DNA of 64,000 nucleotides from Azolla caroliniana (taxonomy: Eukaryota > Plantae > Polypodiophyta), in contig JBHGNT010000003.1 of NCBI GenBank assembly GCA_043228905.1, positions 18,972,001 through 19,036,000 of the forward strand. Direction: 5' to 3'. The notes under the pieces were generated by a model. The model did no database searches. It was given only the letters and a program-made list of their open reading frames with translations, and was not told the origin of the DNA. This document shows positions 39,428 to 51,976 of the stretch, piece after piece. Position numbers and translations under genes: made by a program. Every line of letters starts with the position of its first letter. Position 1 is the stretch's first letter.

Positions 39428-39730
39428 TAGCTCAGTTGGTAAGGTTGCCCAATGGAGACCAGGTGGTCATGGGTTCAACCCCTATATTCCATCCACAATG
39501 GCATCTAGTGAATTAAGATATATATTCCATCCACAGTGGCATCTAGTGAATTAAGATATATATAAGAAGTATATAATAGTGAGGTGCGGAAGTTGGGTTT
39601 CGAACCCAGAGGCATCTAGTGAATTAAGATATATATAAGAAGTATATAATAGTGAGGTGCGGAAGTTGGGTTTCGAACCCAGAGCCAGAACACAGTGCTT
39701 GTAGTGCTAACAACTTACCACTAGGGTAAG
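39359..39730. mobile_element. (AG)n followed by two convergent tRNA-derived (SINE-like) heads with internal duplications
   Basis: Plus strand: TAGCTCAGTTGGTAAG (A box) and GGTTCAACCCC (B box) at 39428-39483. Minus strand: TACCCTAGTGGTAAG and GGTTCGAAACCC at 39728-39668. GGCATCTAGTGAATTAAGATATATA occurs three times. Confidence 0.55.
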
Positions 39731-41389
39731 GTAATTACAATAAAGAGAGAGAGAAGCAAGCTTTACATAGTATCTTTTGCATATAGTGATGTGTTGTGTT
39801 GTGTTTCTTGTGCCTTTTGCATGTATTGGTTAGTGACTACATGCTAAAGGACATTGGTTGGTTTACATAGTGATGTATTGTGGTCGTTTGATGGATTGTT
39901 TGGGTCACTCATCACGGGTGAAGTAATCTTTGACCCTTGCGATTGTGGCCAAGTTTAGAGAGTACCATAATCAAACATGATATCATAAGATATGCAAGTT
40001 TAGAGAGTACCATAATCCTTCAAACATGATATCATAAGATATGCAAGTTAAGTTTCATTCTTACTTCATTGGGTACATGCATGTATGTGATATTGCAAAA
40101 CACTCTTTAAGTTCAAAATATAGATATTCTTTTCAAAGAAGTGATCATGGGAGACATTGTGCAGTTCATTTGTTGGGCATTAATTCATAAGATGTGAATT
40201 AATGCATACTCATGCCTAATGTGTGTGCAACATGTGAGTTCATCATGGAATGTGCCATGTTTTTGTACTAGTCTAGTGGAACTTTTGTTTTGCTACACCA
40301 TTTTTTTGAAGTGTGTAACAACATATGAATCAACCACAAATCTCTTCGCATTGAGGAATATTGTCCATTCATTAGAGAAGTATTCTTTGCTCAACTAGAT
40401 TAAAGATATTAGATATGTCAATCGGTTGTTTTCTCAACACGAGTGCGAAAACACTTGAACCTTTTCAAGTATAAGGTGGGCCACATGTAGTGGAATGTTT
40501 GTCAATGAAGGTCACATAGTTATGACATCCATCAAATGTCATGGCTTGCATGAGTTGCCATACATCCAAGTGAATGATGTCTAATAGTACACTATCCCCA
40601 TATTGCATTTGTGGGACTAGGTGGTGCCGAGTTAGCATGCTTCAGACATGTTGTTCACCCGATTTTCATTTGAACCTAAAAGTTCACTAACATTGTATCA
40701 ATCATAACTTTTAGGTTTATGTGGTCAATGCATTTGCGCCACATTTCAATAATGATTATGGTATTTTGCCCTTTAGAAAATATCACTATTTCAACTTACT
40801 TTCATTGAGGATAAACATTTGACCTTCTCTTTGACCATGAGCAACTTGTAGAGTCTAGACATATGTCCTTGAGGACTTTAATGAAGCACCCATGTTAGTT
40901 GGAGTCCACTTGCACTCCTTGCGTCATCATTTGCTTGACATAGATTGTATTTTTCATAATTGTGAGCACATTAAAACATTCTTGAGATATCTATCCAATG
41001 TCTTCATGGTCATCAAATAATACATCACTCACATCTCAAACTATGATATTAGCATTATGATATTGAGTCTGAGAATTGAGTACTTGAGTTGTGTTTAGTT
41101 TAGTAGTCATTGTCTAGAAGCCTTTGCACTACAACTACAAAATGTACATATGATTGTATGTTTAGTACTTCTAGTACTAAGTTTCGTCGACAAATGCTTC
41201 ATAGGTCTTGAACTTGCAAAAACATCGTATTCATAATAACTATGGTCAATACTTTCTAGCAATTTCATACTATTAATCTATGATTGATTTAGCATCAACA
41301 CTATTACTTTAGTCTTCTATGTTTACTATTCTTGAATAAAAACTTAGTACTATATCGTATCAACACTATTACTGTAGTCTTCTATGTTT

Positions 41390-43165
41390 ACAATCCAAAT
41401 GATATGAGGGTGATTATGGATGCCCTCAAATTGTATGGATTAGTTGCTCGATTTCATGACATTAACTTCAACAAGTCCAAACTTCTACCCTTGACACCAT
41501 ATAGTTGGCATCAACGTTTGTGGCCAGGTCAAGTTGTTAGCCCAAATGAAATGGTTAGACATCTTGGCTATCAATTGGGATGGAATGCCACAGGGAAAAG
41601 AAAGGTTGAATGGGTCTTGCAAAAAGGGAGACAAAAGCTAAGCTATTGGACGATTGCAACATGGCCACTCCATGTTAGATTGAGGATAGTGCAATCTATA
41701 TTCATGGTTTACATGCAGTATTACTTAATTATGATTGATTCGCCGAAACACATGATACAAAAGATTAACTCATAAATCATAAACAACATTTGGTGCTCTA
41801 AGCTGTCGCATAGAGGTATACGACTCCTATCACTACAGAAGATATGCACTCCACGATTGAGTGGATGGCTAAATATTCTTAATTTGCATTTGCATATGTT
41901 GGCTAAAAAAGCTACTTTATTGCCAAAATTTGCTGAAAAAACATTGCCTTGGGCAATAATGCTATCTAATATGTTTGATCATTTGAAATCCAAGTCATTT
42001 GGCTCATGGGATACTAACCATTGCGATGTAGTGTTTGGAAAGCTTGATGAGCACATCAAAGGCTGTCTGTTTAGCTCAAAGCTTCTAAAGCACTGGAAGG
42101 AAGTATTGCACCACATAAAATGGAGAGGCATGAATTCAAAATCAAGGAACTCTTTATGCCTTGAAAGCTTACATTGGAGTGCTATATTCCCACAGCCACT
42201 AGCTGAACAAGAGCATATGAAAGCATATTTTTTAGCAAAGAAGGGGCTGAAATCAATTGCAGATGTGGTAAATGACTAAGGTCACTTATTGCACTTCAAT
42301 GACAGGACATGTCGTTATAGTCTTGGGCCACATCATCACGTTATCTAGAATCAAGTCATAGAGTTGGTACTTTCCTTTGTACCTGTGCCACCTCTAGATG
42401 GAGATCGTAGGATTTAGGATTGGATGTTACAAAAAGGGAACATTGTTATTCCAGTGCATAACATTACAACACATTTAGTGTATATTATGTTGTTGCAACT
42501 TGTCCCATGGTTTCACGAACATGCAAATGCATAATGGAACCTACACAAAACGCAATCATGGTGGAAAAATAGTCTTACAAGCTTATGGAGCTCTGGTCTT
42601 CCACTTAAGAAACGATTATTCCTATGGAGATGCTTATTGGGTGTGCTCCCGACTGGGTCGAATCTTCAAAAGAGATCGATAGCCTCGCTGCATTGTGCAA
42701 GATGTGGTGGATGATTGGAAACGGTCCCACACTTATTATGGACTTGCTCATTCACAACATTTGTCCAAAGACTAAGTGCATCTCTTTATCACAGATTTCC
42801 TGGCCAAAGGTTTGGTAAACACTTTTGGATATTTGGACAAATTCTATGCGCCCTATCCAACAATGCCTATTTTCTCCAATGGACACGATTTTGGGCACTC
42901 TTGACCATTTGGACAGCCAACAATAATAAGGTCTTTGATCGAAACCAACTGCATGAAGTTAGCTTCTTTAAGCAATCCCTCAAGAAATCTCTATTTGATT
43001 GTCTGCAACTTAGAGACATCACACTACAAATTTACAATCTTTACTTTGAGTGCTTTTAAGATCTTTAGTGTCTAATCAACACTTGTATATTTTTCTTTAT
43101 TCTTTGTGGGTTTTCACCTCACTTTGAGGTTCCCACTAGTAATGAAAGTGTTACTAAAATAAAAA
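41390..43165 (+). mobile_element. 5'-truncated decayed L1-clade LINE (RT C-terminus and zf-RVT-like region)
   Basis: INFNKSKL, VRHLGY, GWLNILNL, KKRLFLWR and ETVPHLLWTC motifs; A-rich 3' end. It interrupts a ~57-bp degenerate tandem repeat. Confidence 0.75.
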
Positions 43166-44224
43166 GTTATTATGCATCAATACTATTAATCTAGTCTCCT
43201 ACATTTAGTATTGTTTACTAATAGTTAGTACTATTCTCTCATGTGAATTTTAACCCAATTCCCTTTTGATGCACAATGCACATTGCGCCCTTGATACTAG
43301 ATTTCCTTATATTGTAGGATTGAGTAACACATATATGTTGTTCACATGGAACTTTTCTCCATGTTGGTCTAACCTTTATGTTAGAGACAACACATTCTAA
43401 ACACATGAACCAAGAAGGTTATATAAAATAAGATTGGGAGAATCATATTAAGGAGAAGTGGGGATAAGGTAATTTGGGCTAGCAAGGCCATAATGGGGGG
43501 CATTATGCATGTTTTGGTTGGGGTACTTGGGTAAGAACGGTTCATTGGAGACAACAAAGATTTTGAGAAGATGGTGGGATGTTCTCAAACATGTTTTCAG
43601 TTGTCTCAAGGAATTTTTGTGGGGCTCAATGGGGCCATTGAATTGTGTTATGTGGCACAAAGTTAGAACCTGAAGAACATTTGAAAGCGTGTCATGTGGC
43701 TTCTTGATTATTACTTTGGTTTGTTGGCCGCTCACCTTGATTGACTTTGTGATTGTCATTAGTGGGATACTTGTTTTTGTGTCTATTGGTATTAAAGACA
43801 CCCCAATCTCATTGAGTACAGTTTTTAACATATATATATATATATATTATTGAAAAATAGTGTTTAGGAAAGTACTTAAGGTAATAAAGGTTATAGTAAG
43901 AAATAGTAGACTAATGCTACCAAATGGGACCTATAATCGTAAGAAATAAACAAGAATCACATAAGAATCATATAAATAATTTCATAACCGAGTATAACAT
44001 GATTTCAGATATGAAAACAAAGAAATAGAAGAAGAAATATGAACATGCAACATTCTTACAAGGAATATGAATATGAATTTGAAATATTACAAGGAATCAT
44101 GTACAAAACCCTAAAAGTCGCTCTGAAAATGTCACTTAGAGTGTTTTGACTAAGGGAAACAAAACCCACTAGACGAACAACTACTAATATTTCCTCATTA
44201 TATATTATTATTCATTGCAAACTC

Positions 44225-44452
44225 AAAACAACACCAAATTTGCGCGAGTGAAAAGCCACAGGATGTAGCTTCTCATCGTCACCTTGTTGTGACAAAATAC
44301 CATCGAGGGCGAAATTTGACACGTTTGCCTCAATGATATATGATTTATGCATATCAACATGAGCTAGAACAAGAGCCGATGTAAATTCTTTCTTGAGACC
44401 ATCAAAAGCCGTGTCCGCTTCCTTAGTCCAAACAAACGATTGTCCCCACGAT
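44225..44452 (-). mobile_element. Isolated Gypsy RT/RNaseH fragment
   Basis: FVWTKEADTAFDGLKKEFTSALVLAH...LHPVAFHSRKF, a close relative of 12000-12210. Confidence 0.8.
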
Positions 44453-44859
44453 TTCAAATATGAAAACGATGAAATGGAGAATGCTTGGTTGGAAAAAACT
44501 TCAAATTTAATTTAAGGTAAAGACTTTAATGTGAGGGGGGAAATAGCCCCCAAAATTGTAAGATCCTCTCATAACCATTTGTCCCCATTTTCTCTCTTTA
44601 TTGCACTTTGTACTACCCCCACCCCACTACCTAAAAAGAATGTTTTTCGAAATTATTATTATTATTTCTTAATTTTAAATACCAATTGTATAAAAAGTTG
44701 CCCTAATTTTTTAGCCAAAAACAATACTTTTTTGGTATATCGTAGTTTGCTTTTACCCACCAATGCATATTAATAGTGGTGTCATAATATTTTTGCAAGC
44801 TCAATAACTAGTGGAAAAAATGACCAAACTAGCGGTTTTGTCTTTGATCTAAGATGGTG

Positions 44860-47017
44860 AACAATACTTTTCTTATGAGTTCACAATGGCAAATAATAAG
44901 TTTATGATGAGTTCATGGGTCAGAATTTGTTGAACTAGTTTTCATGCTGCCACACATCACACCAAAGCAATACAATGAAGTAAAAGAATGGCACATCATA
45001 GAAGCCACCCTTATCATTGTTAATGAAAAGAATTTGTTAAACTCATGCCAACGGAAAGTGGTGTGCACACTCAATTCACCTCACGAATTTGTCTTACTAC
45101 TAGAGTGCATCATGTGACTCTACATGATTATTTTTATGGAAAAAATGGTGATTTGTCACACTTCAAAGTATTCAGCATCACAACTTATGTGCATATACTT
45201 GGTGAAGTGTGATCTAAGCTTGACCCAAGGTTCAAAAAGTGTCTTATTAAATTACTCATTTGAGAGGGATACACGTGTTTTAACCCTTTGACTTGCAAAT
45301 TGTGTATAAGCTAAGACATCATGTTTCATGAAAACACATCCTACTATGCTCTGAGGCTAACTATATATTAGATAAACAAGGATTTCTAGCTTGAGGTCGA
45401 TACCAGAATTGAGAATACCATCAAATGATGTCCACACTAATAGTTCAACTTTGATTGAGTCGACGAGTAACGAAATGCAGGCAGATGCGATGTGATTTGA
45501 ATGTTCTATCCCCACTTTGTCCCACACAACCCACTTGTCTTAGGCTCTAGCAAAGGGAAGGTAAAGATGCTTGAGCATGACACTGAACACTTGAGCTCTA
45601 ATGAAGAGGATATGTACTCAACAAACTTGACTCCAATTGATGATGAGTTTAGTGTTCTTATCATCATGACCTCAAAGGTGAAGAAAGACATAAAAAAGGT
45701 AAATGAGCCTCATCACCTGGTTTGCCTACAATGACTATGGCACAATAGGTAGACCTATCCCAAGCTAGAAAGTTTCCCAAAATTCCATCTGAACAAGGAT
45801 ACATGTCCATCATAGAGAAAATGAACAATCAATTTGCCAACAAATTTAATTAGATGAAAGATATGAGCAAGGTTAGTACTTTGATGCAATTGAGATTATT
45901 TTGACAACTCACAAGGATTTCGTTTTTTCAACACCAATATATTGTGGTGTCCCTTTGATGCAAGTGCATGCCTTCATGCTGTGGTGTACGTGTTCCTTTG
46001 TGCCACCCTTTTAACATGGATGTAGCTAAGTTAACCCAAATGGGTACCTTTGTATCAACTATAAATTGAGCAAGAAGTAAGAAGCTAGGCAAGATGGTTT
46101 TGATTGTCTTTATGTGCATTTCACAATATCTTGAACTTTTAGTTCAAATTTGGCCTGGTGAAACACAAGTTAACCTTGAACCCATTGAACTGAAACTTTG
46201 AAGTTGCAATTGAACTCTTGGCCCATCATACATGAGTTGAGTATAAGTACATCATCTAAAATTTGATCTATTTGATGATATCTTAGCTCGGTTGACTACT
46301 CGACTACACAAACTGAGTATCAGAGTACATGAACAACACACACATTGCAATAATTTCTGTAAAGTTAGAATTCTTATTTAGCTCTAATAGGTACATGGAC
46401 ACCAATTAGGCTAACAATTTTACTAATCAATGGTTGAAATCAAGTTTCCCAAAATCACTAGGAAGTTACACCACTCATAAAGTAGTATGAAGCAACCTAA
46501 TGAGGTGCGGAAAAGCATTGAGGCAAATTATAGGAGTGTGGCAATTGCCTCTTTTGAAGTCATCTGCCTTAAAGAAGATTCTAAAGTATGTCAAAGACCA
46601 TATCAACCAACTAGTCTTGATCCTTTGTCACAACCTCAACAACATTCAATTGTTGTGAAACCTAGTGTTTCATTCATAAATGAAGGAAATTGAGGCGAAT
46701 TTCCAACGCCTTTAGGCCGACTATCAAACAAAATATCTTCACTGAAGCACTTATTGGTGTACTATTAATTGTGCATGATAAGTATTGTCCTTAACTTGTG
46801 TATAATAATCCTTACAATCGCCTTCTGATCGTAGAAATCACTCATTGGTGGGAGATACAATGTATTGAATGAAGTGGACATTTGAGATATCCCACTCATA
46901 AGTATTCATCATTGGGCAGGGTATATCTTCACGAGAGCACTTCAAGTTTACAAACACAAAACAATTCTCAATAACATTTCGCTCCATTCACTTCATTTCC
47001 AAGCTTGAGGGGGAGTA
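44860..47017 (+). mobile_element. Very decayed Copia remnant
   Basis: Integrase traces (HTSPKQ, KLDP, GYTCFNP), RNaseH-end traces, and PPT GCTTGAGGGGGAG at 47003-47015. Confidence 0.55.
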
Positions 47018-47776
47018 CATGAAGGTACATGATGGAACTAGTAAACCCAAACAAACCACACTTTTTAACTTGGTTTAATTGTTGTCCTTCTTAGCTAAAA
47101 GGAACAATGATACAAATAAGTCGAAAGCTAAACCCCTATCTTTGGTGGTGATATTGGTGGTTGTGAAGTGCTATGAAAACTAGATTGTTAAAGAGGACAT
47201 GTAGCATTTGTATAGAAAAATGAGAAAACATTGTGACAGTCATTTATTCTCAAGAATATAAATATATGTCACTATAGGAGAAAGAAAATACGGAGGTCAC
47301 TCATATTACATGAGGAGAAGGTTCCTCTTTATAAAGGGCAAGATGTGGTTGTTGGGTTAACTAACTGTTGGGGCTGACTAGCCATTTGGCTACAACTTTA
47401 GTTATTCTCAACACTCCCCCTCAAGGTGGGCGAAAGATATCCACTAAGCCCATCTTGTCACACAATCCAGAAATACTTACTGGCCCAAGTCTCTTTGTAA
47501 GACAATCTGCTACTTGATCTTCAGTAGAAACATGACTCAATTTTAATATTCCACTATCAAGCTTCTCCTTGATAAAGAATTTGTTGATTTCAATGTGCTT
47601 GGTCCTATTATGTTGTACCGGATTGTTGGCAATGTTGATTGCTGACTTATTGTCACACCATAGCCTCATCCAATATTCTTGATTCATCTTTAGTTCTACT
47701 AAGAGAGTTCTCAACCACACAACATCTTCGCAACTCCTACAACAATAACTCTATACTATGCTTCTGCTGTTGACAT

Positions 47777-48027
47777 CATTGTTGTAAAATACTTGGCATA
47801 AAATACGTATTTTAAGTATTCTAAAAGTATTCTAACTTGTTTTTAAAATACTTAGAATACGTATTTTATAGATAAAATACGTTAAATACTTAGAATACGT
47901 GTAGAATACTTGTAAAATACGTCAAATACTTCTTAAAATTTGAAGTTTTTTTTTCAAAAAAAATAAATTGTTTTTGAAATGATAAATACTTATTAAATAT
48001 GTATAATACGTCAAATTTTAAAAAATG
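47777..48027. mobile_element. AT-rich MITE-like insertion in Copia C
   Basis: AATAC(G/T)T repeats in both orientations and degenerate CATT...AATG ends. It interrupts the RNaseH region. Confidence 0.55.
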
Positions 48028-49707
48028 ACAGTTCTAGCCTGGTAATCAAAATCACAATAGCCCTCAATGTTAAAATGACCATGTTTTCTAAATATTAATC
48101 CCTTCCTTGGGGTACCTTTGAGATATCTTAGAAATTGGTACATTGCATCCATGTGATCTTTTCTCGAATCATGCATGTAGCAACTTACCACACTTCTTGT
48201 AAATGAAATATCTGGACGAGTATGAGTCAAATAAATCTGCCGACCTACCAATCTTTGGTACTTTTCACGATCAACTTTCTCTCTTGCAAGTTCAGTTAAC
48301 TTGATCTTTGGGTCAATTGGAGAAGCTACAGGCCTATAACCCAACATTCTAGTTTCTGTGAGAAGATCTAATACATATTTTCGCTGAGATAGAATGACTC
48401 TTGCTCCACGAGCTACCTCAATTCCAAGAAAGTATTGTAACAAACCTAGATCGGTCACCTCAAACTCTTTACCTAGTTGCACCTTCAGTTGGGAAATTTC
48501 TTCGTAATTATTACCTGTGATAATTATATCATCCACATACACATCAAGTAATTTAGTATGCTTGTTGTGTTGTTGGAAAAACACTGTATGGTCCACATTG
48601 ATATGTTGGTATCCCATACCTACCATAACCCTTCTTAACATGTCGACTCAAGGAGATTGCTTTAGTCCATAAGGTGACTTTCTTAGTCTGCAAACCTTGC
48701 CTATTGTCTGAATTGTACCAAAACCTGGGTGGATATCCATGTACACTTCCTCCATCAACTCTCCATGAAGGAATGCATTTGTTACATCTAATTGATGTAA
48801 TCTCCAATCCTTATTCACTTCTAAGGAAATAACCGTTCTAATAGTGCTCATCTTCGCAACAGGTGCAAAAGTCTCATTGTAATCAATGCCAAATGTCTGA
48901 CTATATCCCTTAGTCACTAATCGTGTGTTGTAACGATCTATTTTGCCATCTGGGTATGTTTTATTATAAACACCTATTTGCACCCAATCGCCTTCTTTTC
49001 TAGTGGTAGTGACACAATCTTCCAAGTCTTGTTCTTCTGAAGAGCTCTAAGTTCTTCTTTTATAACTGCTTTCCACTCTAGATCTTCTTTAGCAACCTAC
49101 CAACACTTGGGTAAAGTGACATAGTCTAATGATGCAATGAATGATCTATGTGTAGTTGATATGTTAGAATAAGAGATAAACCGAGCAATATCATGAGGAA
49201 AACCATAACGATCAGGAGGGACTCCTACTATTGCGAGAGGTCCTCCTAACCACTGTAGGAGAAGGAGAGGAAATCATATCACCTGTGATTTCTGGGTTTG
49301 GGAGATCTATAGGTATTTCAGAAGTCGAGACAAGTAGGGACATGGGACTTGATGCCACAAGTGGAATTACAGACGTGTTCATATTTCTTTCCTTCTGCCT
49401 CCTCCTCCTCCTCTAGGTATACACCTTTAGCTCCTCCTCAGCTTGAGTCCCAACACATACAGGTCCCTCGTCTTCTTTTCCTTCTTATTCCTCATCTCCT
49501 ACACTCACTTGTTTCTCAGCTGGTGAAGGGATCAACAAAGGAATTGATCCTATTTTACAACGGCTCCGACTCTCGGAAATGCACATCCATGCTAAAAAGT
49601 AATCTCTGCTCCATTGGACTCCAACAAACCTACCATTTTTGTGTGGTAGAGTATCCTACAAATACACATTTCACTGCTCTAGGATCCAGATTTTGTACAT
49701 ATGGTCT

Positions 49708-49986
49708 TGATGAAAGATATGTGCGGAAGAATGTGTGAGGACCTGTCATAGGATGTGCAACAAACAACACAGATTCGTAACAAGGAGAAGAAATAGTAAG
49801 GAATAGATTCAGCTTGCAAGCTTCAATGAAGTTCTTATTATCACTTTCTTTGTAACTCTTTCTCTCAAAGACTCAAGAAGATTATACTTACAATGTTAGG
49901 CTTGAGCTTATATACTCAAGCCCTAACTACAAGACGTGTTCACACTAAAGATACAAAGTTGAAGGAGTCGGTCTTTTATGCCAACA
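49708..49986 (-). mobile_element. Copia solo LTR (279 bp)
   Basis: TG...CA ends. Perfect TSD GGTCT (49703-49707, 49987-49991). Shares the GCGGAAG terminal motif with the LTRs of Copia B and D. Confidence 0.88.
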
Positions 49987-50700
49987 GGTCTATTGTCCTT
50001 TGCTAAACACACACATCCAAACACAGAGTTATCTCCTTGCAACAACTCACATGGAGACTTCCAATCCAATACTGGAGAGGGCATTCTATTGATCAATCCG
50101 GTAATCGTCAAAACTGCATGTCCCCACAACTGCTTTGGGGAGAAATCTATTCTTCCTCTCTACTACATTTTGTGCTGGTGTAAATGGGCTTGTAGTTTGA
50201 TGTTGAATTCCTTGATCTGACAGGTATGCCCTAAACGTAATGTTAGCATATTACTATGTTCCATTATCAGATGTCAATACCTTTATGTGAACGTAAGTGT
50301 TTGCGGAAGCGTAAAATAGAGAACAACAAAGAGAGAGAGAGAGAGAGAGAGCAAGAGAGAGAGAGATAGAGAGAGCAGAACACAATTTCAAAATTATATC
50401 AAGACTCTCTGTATACACACTGTGCTAAGTAGCACTATTTATACAAGTCCTCTTGGGACTGACAAAAGTACCATGTACTTCAATGCTCACACGAGCATCT
50501 GACACTTACTACGAGACTATAGATACCTAGTAGTCTATCCTATTCTAGGCTTCCGATTGGACTGCCGGTTACGGATTGCACCCGGCCTCCACTGCTTGCC
50601 GGTTCGGTTGCTCACCGTCATATCGAACCGTTTCGCCCAATCCGTCTCGCTTACCGGCCCCGGCTTATTCAGCCGATCCGGCTCCGGTTGAGCTTGCCGC

Positions 50701-51971
50701 TCAACACTCCCCCTCAAGCTCAACCTGAGGTGGGGTCGTAGTGTCGACCTCTGTGGCAGCCGGTTCTTTCAACCGACTTCTCCTGGCGTCACTCCGCCTT
50801 GCTTGCGCTCCTCGTCCGGTCCGGTCCCGTTTGCCGCGACCCCTTTGGTTCTGCGTGCCTCGACCCTCTCGGTCGGTATGTCTGCTCAATAGGCCCATCT
50901 TAGCACTCACGTTGTTGTGACTCCGGCGCTTGCCGATCCGTCGGTTCTCCCACGATGGCATCGACTTCCGATGTGCCCGTGTCCCCTTGGCCTTCAGTCG
51001 ATCCGACTCATCCGGATCCATCTGTTGATCCGAGTCAGCTGTCTTCGACTCGTTCCAGCTCTTGTCCGAATCGGTACACTCCGATTCGACTTCCGGCTTC
51101 AGGCCTCTCACCACATCGGACCACTTCCGAGTCTTGGCCTTCTCCATGCTTCCCTCGGCTTCTTCAGCCGGTGAACCGAAATCGAATTCTTCATTCGACT
51201 CTGCATCATGGTCAGTACCGTCGTGATGACCTCCGCACAGCATGCACTTCTCTTCCTGAGTGCACAACTCTTCTTCACAGCCGCTTGCTCCGACCTGTTC
51301 GGATGTGTCGACTTCCTTCGTCGACTCAGCTTCCTTCATCTTCTTGTTTCCTCTTCTTCCGGCTCTCCTCTTACCGACGGGTTCAACAGTCTCTTTGCCT
51401 TTGCCGGTTTCGGTAGAGACTTTGCCCTTGCTTCTCCCCCTCAAGTGTGGCACGTCGAGATGCTGAATACCAAGCATGTCGGTAAAGTGTTGCAACTTGT
51501 CCGATCCGAGCAGCTTGGTGAAGATGTCGGCAACTTGCCAATCCGTATGAACATACCGTAGGTCAACTTCACCGCTCAGGACCCGCTCATGCACGAAGTG
51601 GTAGTGCACCTCAATGTGCTTTGTGCGAGCATGGAACACAGGGTTCCTGGCGAGCTGTAGGCTGCTCATGTTATCGCAGTAAATCGGGATCGGGGTCGGC
51701 ACCTCGATCCGCAAGTCTCGCAGCAGTCGCCGAAGCCAGATGGCTTCACAAGTGGCAACGGTAGCGGCCCGATACTCAGCCTCCGTGCTTGACAAAGCCA
51801 CTGTGGGCTGCTTCTTGTTGCTCCACGCAATGGCTGCGCTACCTATGGAGAACATGTATCCGGAAGTGGAGCGGCGATCAGACGCATCGCCGGCCCAATC
51901 AGCATCTGTGTAACCGACAAGCTCTTCGGGTATACCTCGCCGGTATAGCAGACCCCGATCCTTAGTGCCAC
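50701..51971 (-). pseudogene. Copia B RNaseH plus ~240-aa in-frame C-terminal extension
   Basis: YTDADWAG, STEAEY, CDNMSS, TKHIEVHYHF and ADIFTK, then a charged extension running to the LTR. Confidence 0.8.
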
Positions 51972-51976
51972 TGACA

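Noticed and set aside
39426-39495. Functional tRNA gene
   Set aside because: A and B boxes are present, but acceptor and anticodon stems do not pair.
39500-39640. CRISPR-like repeat-spacer pattern
   Set aside because: Eukaryotic context, only three repeats, and the spacers are themselves local duplications.
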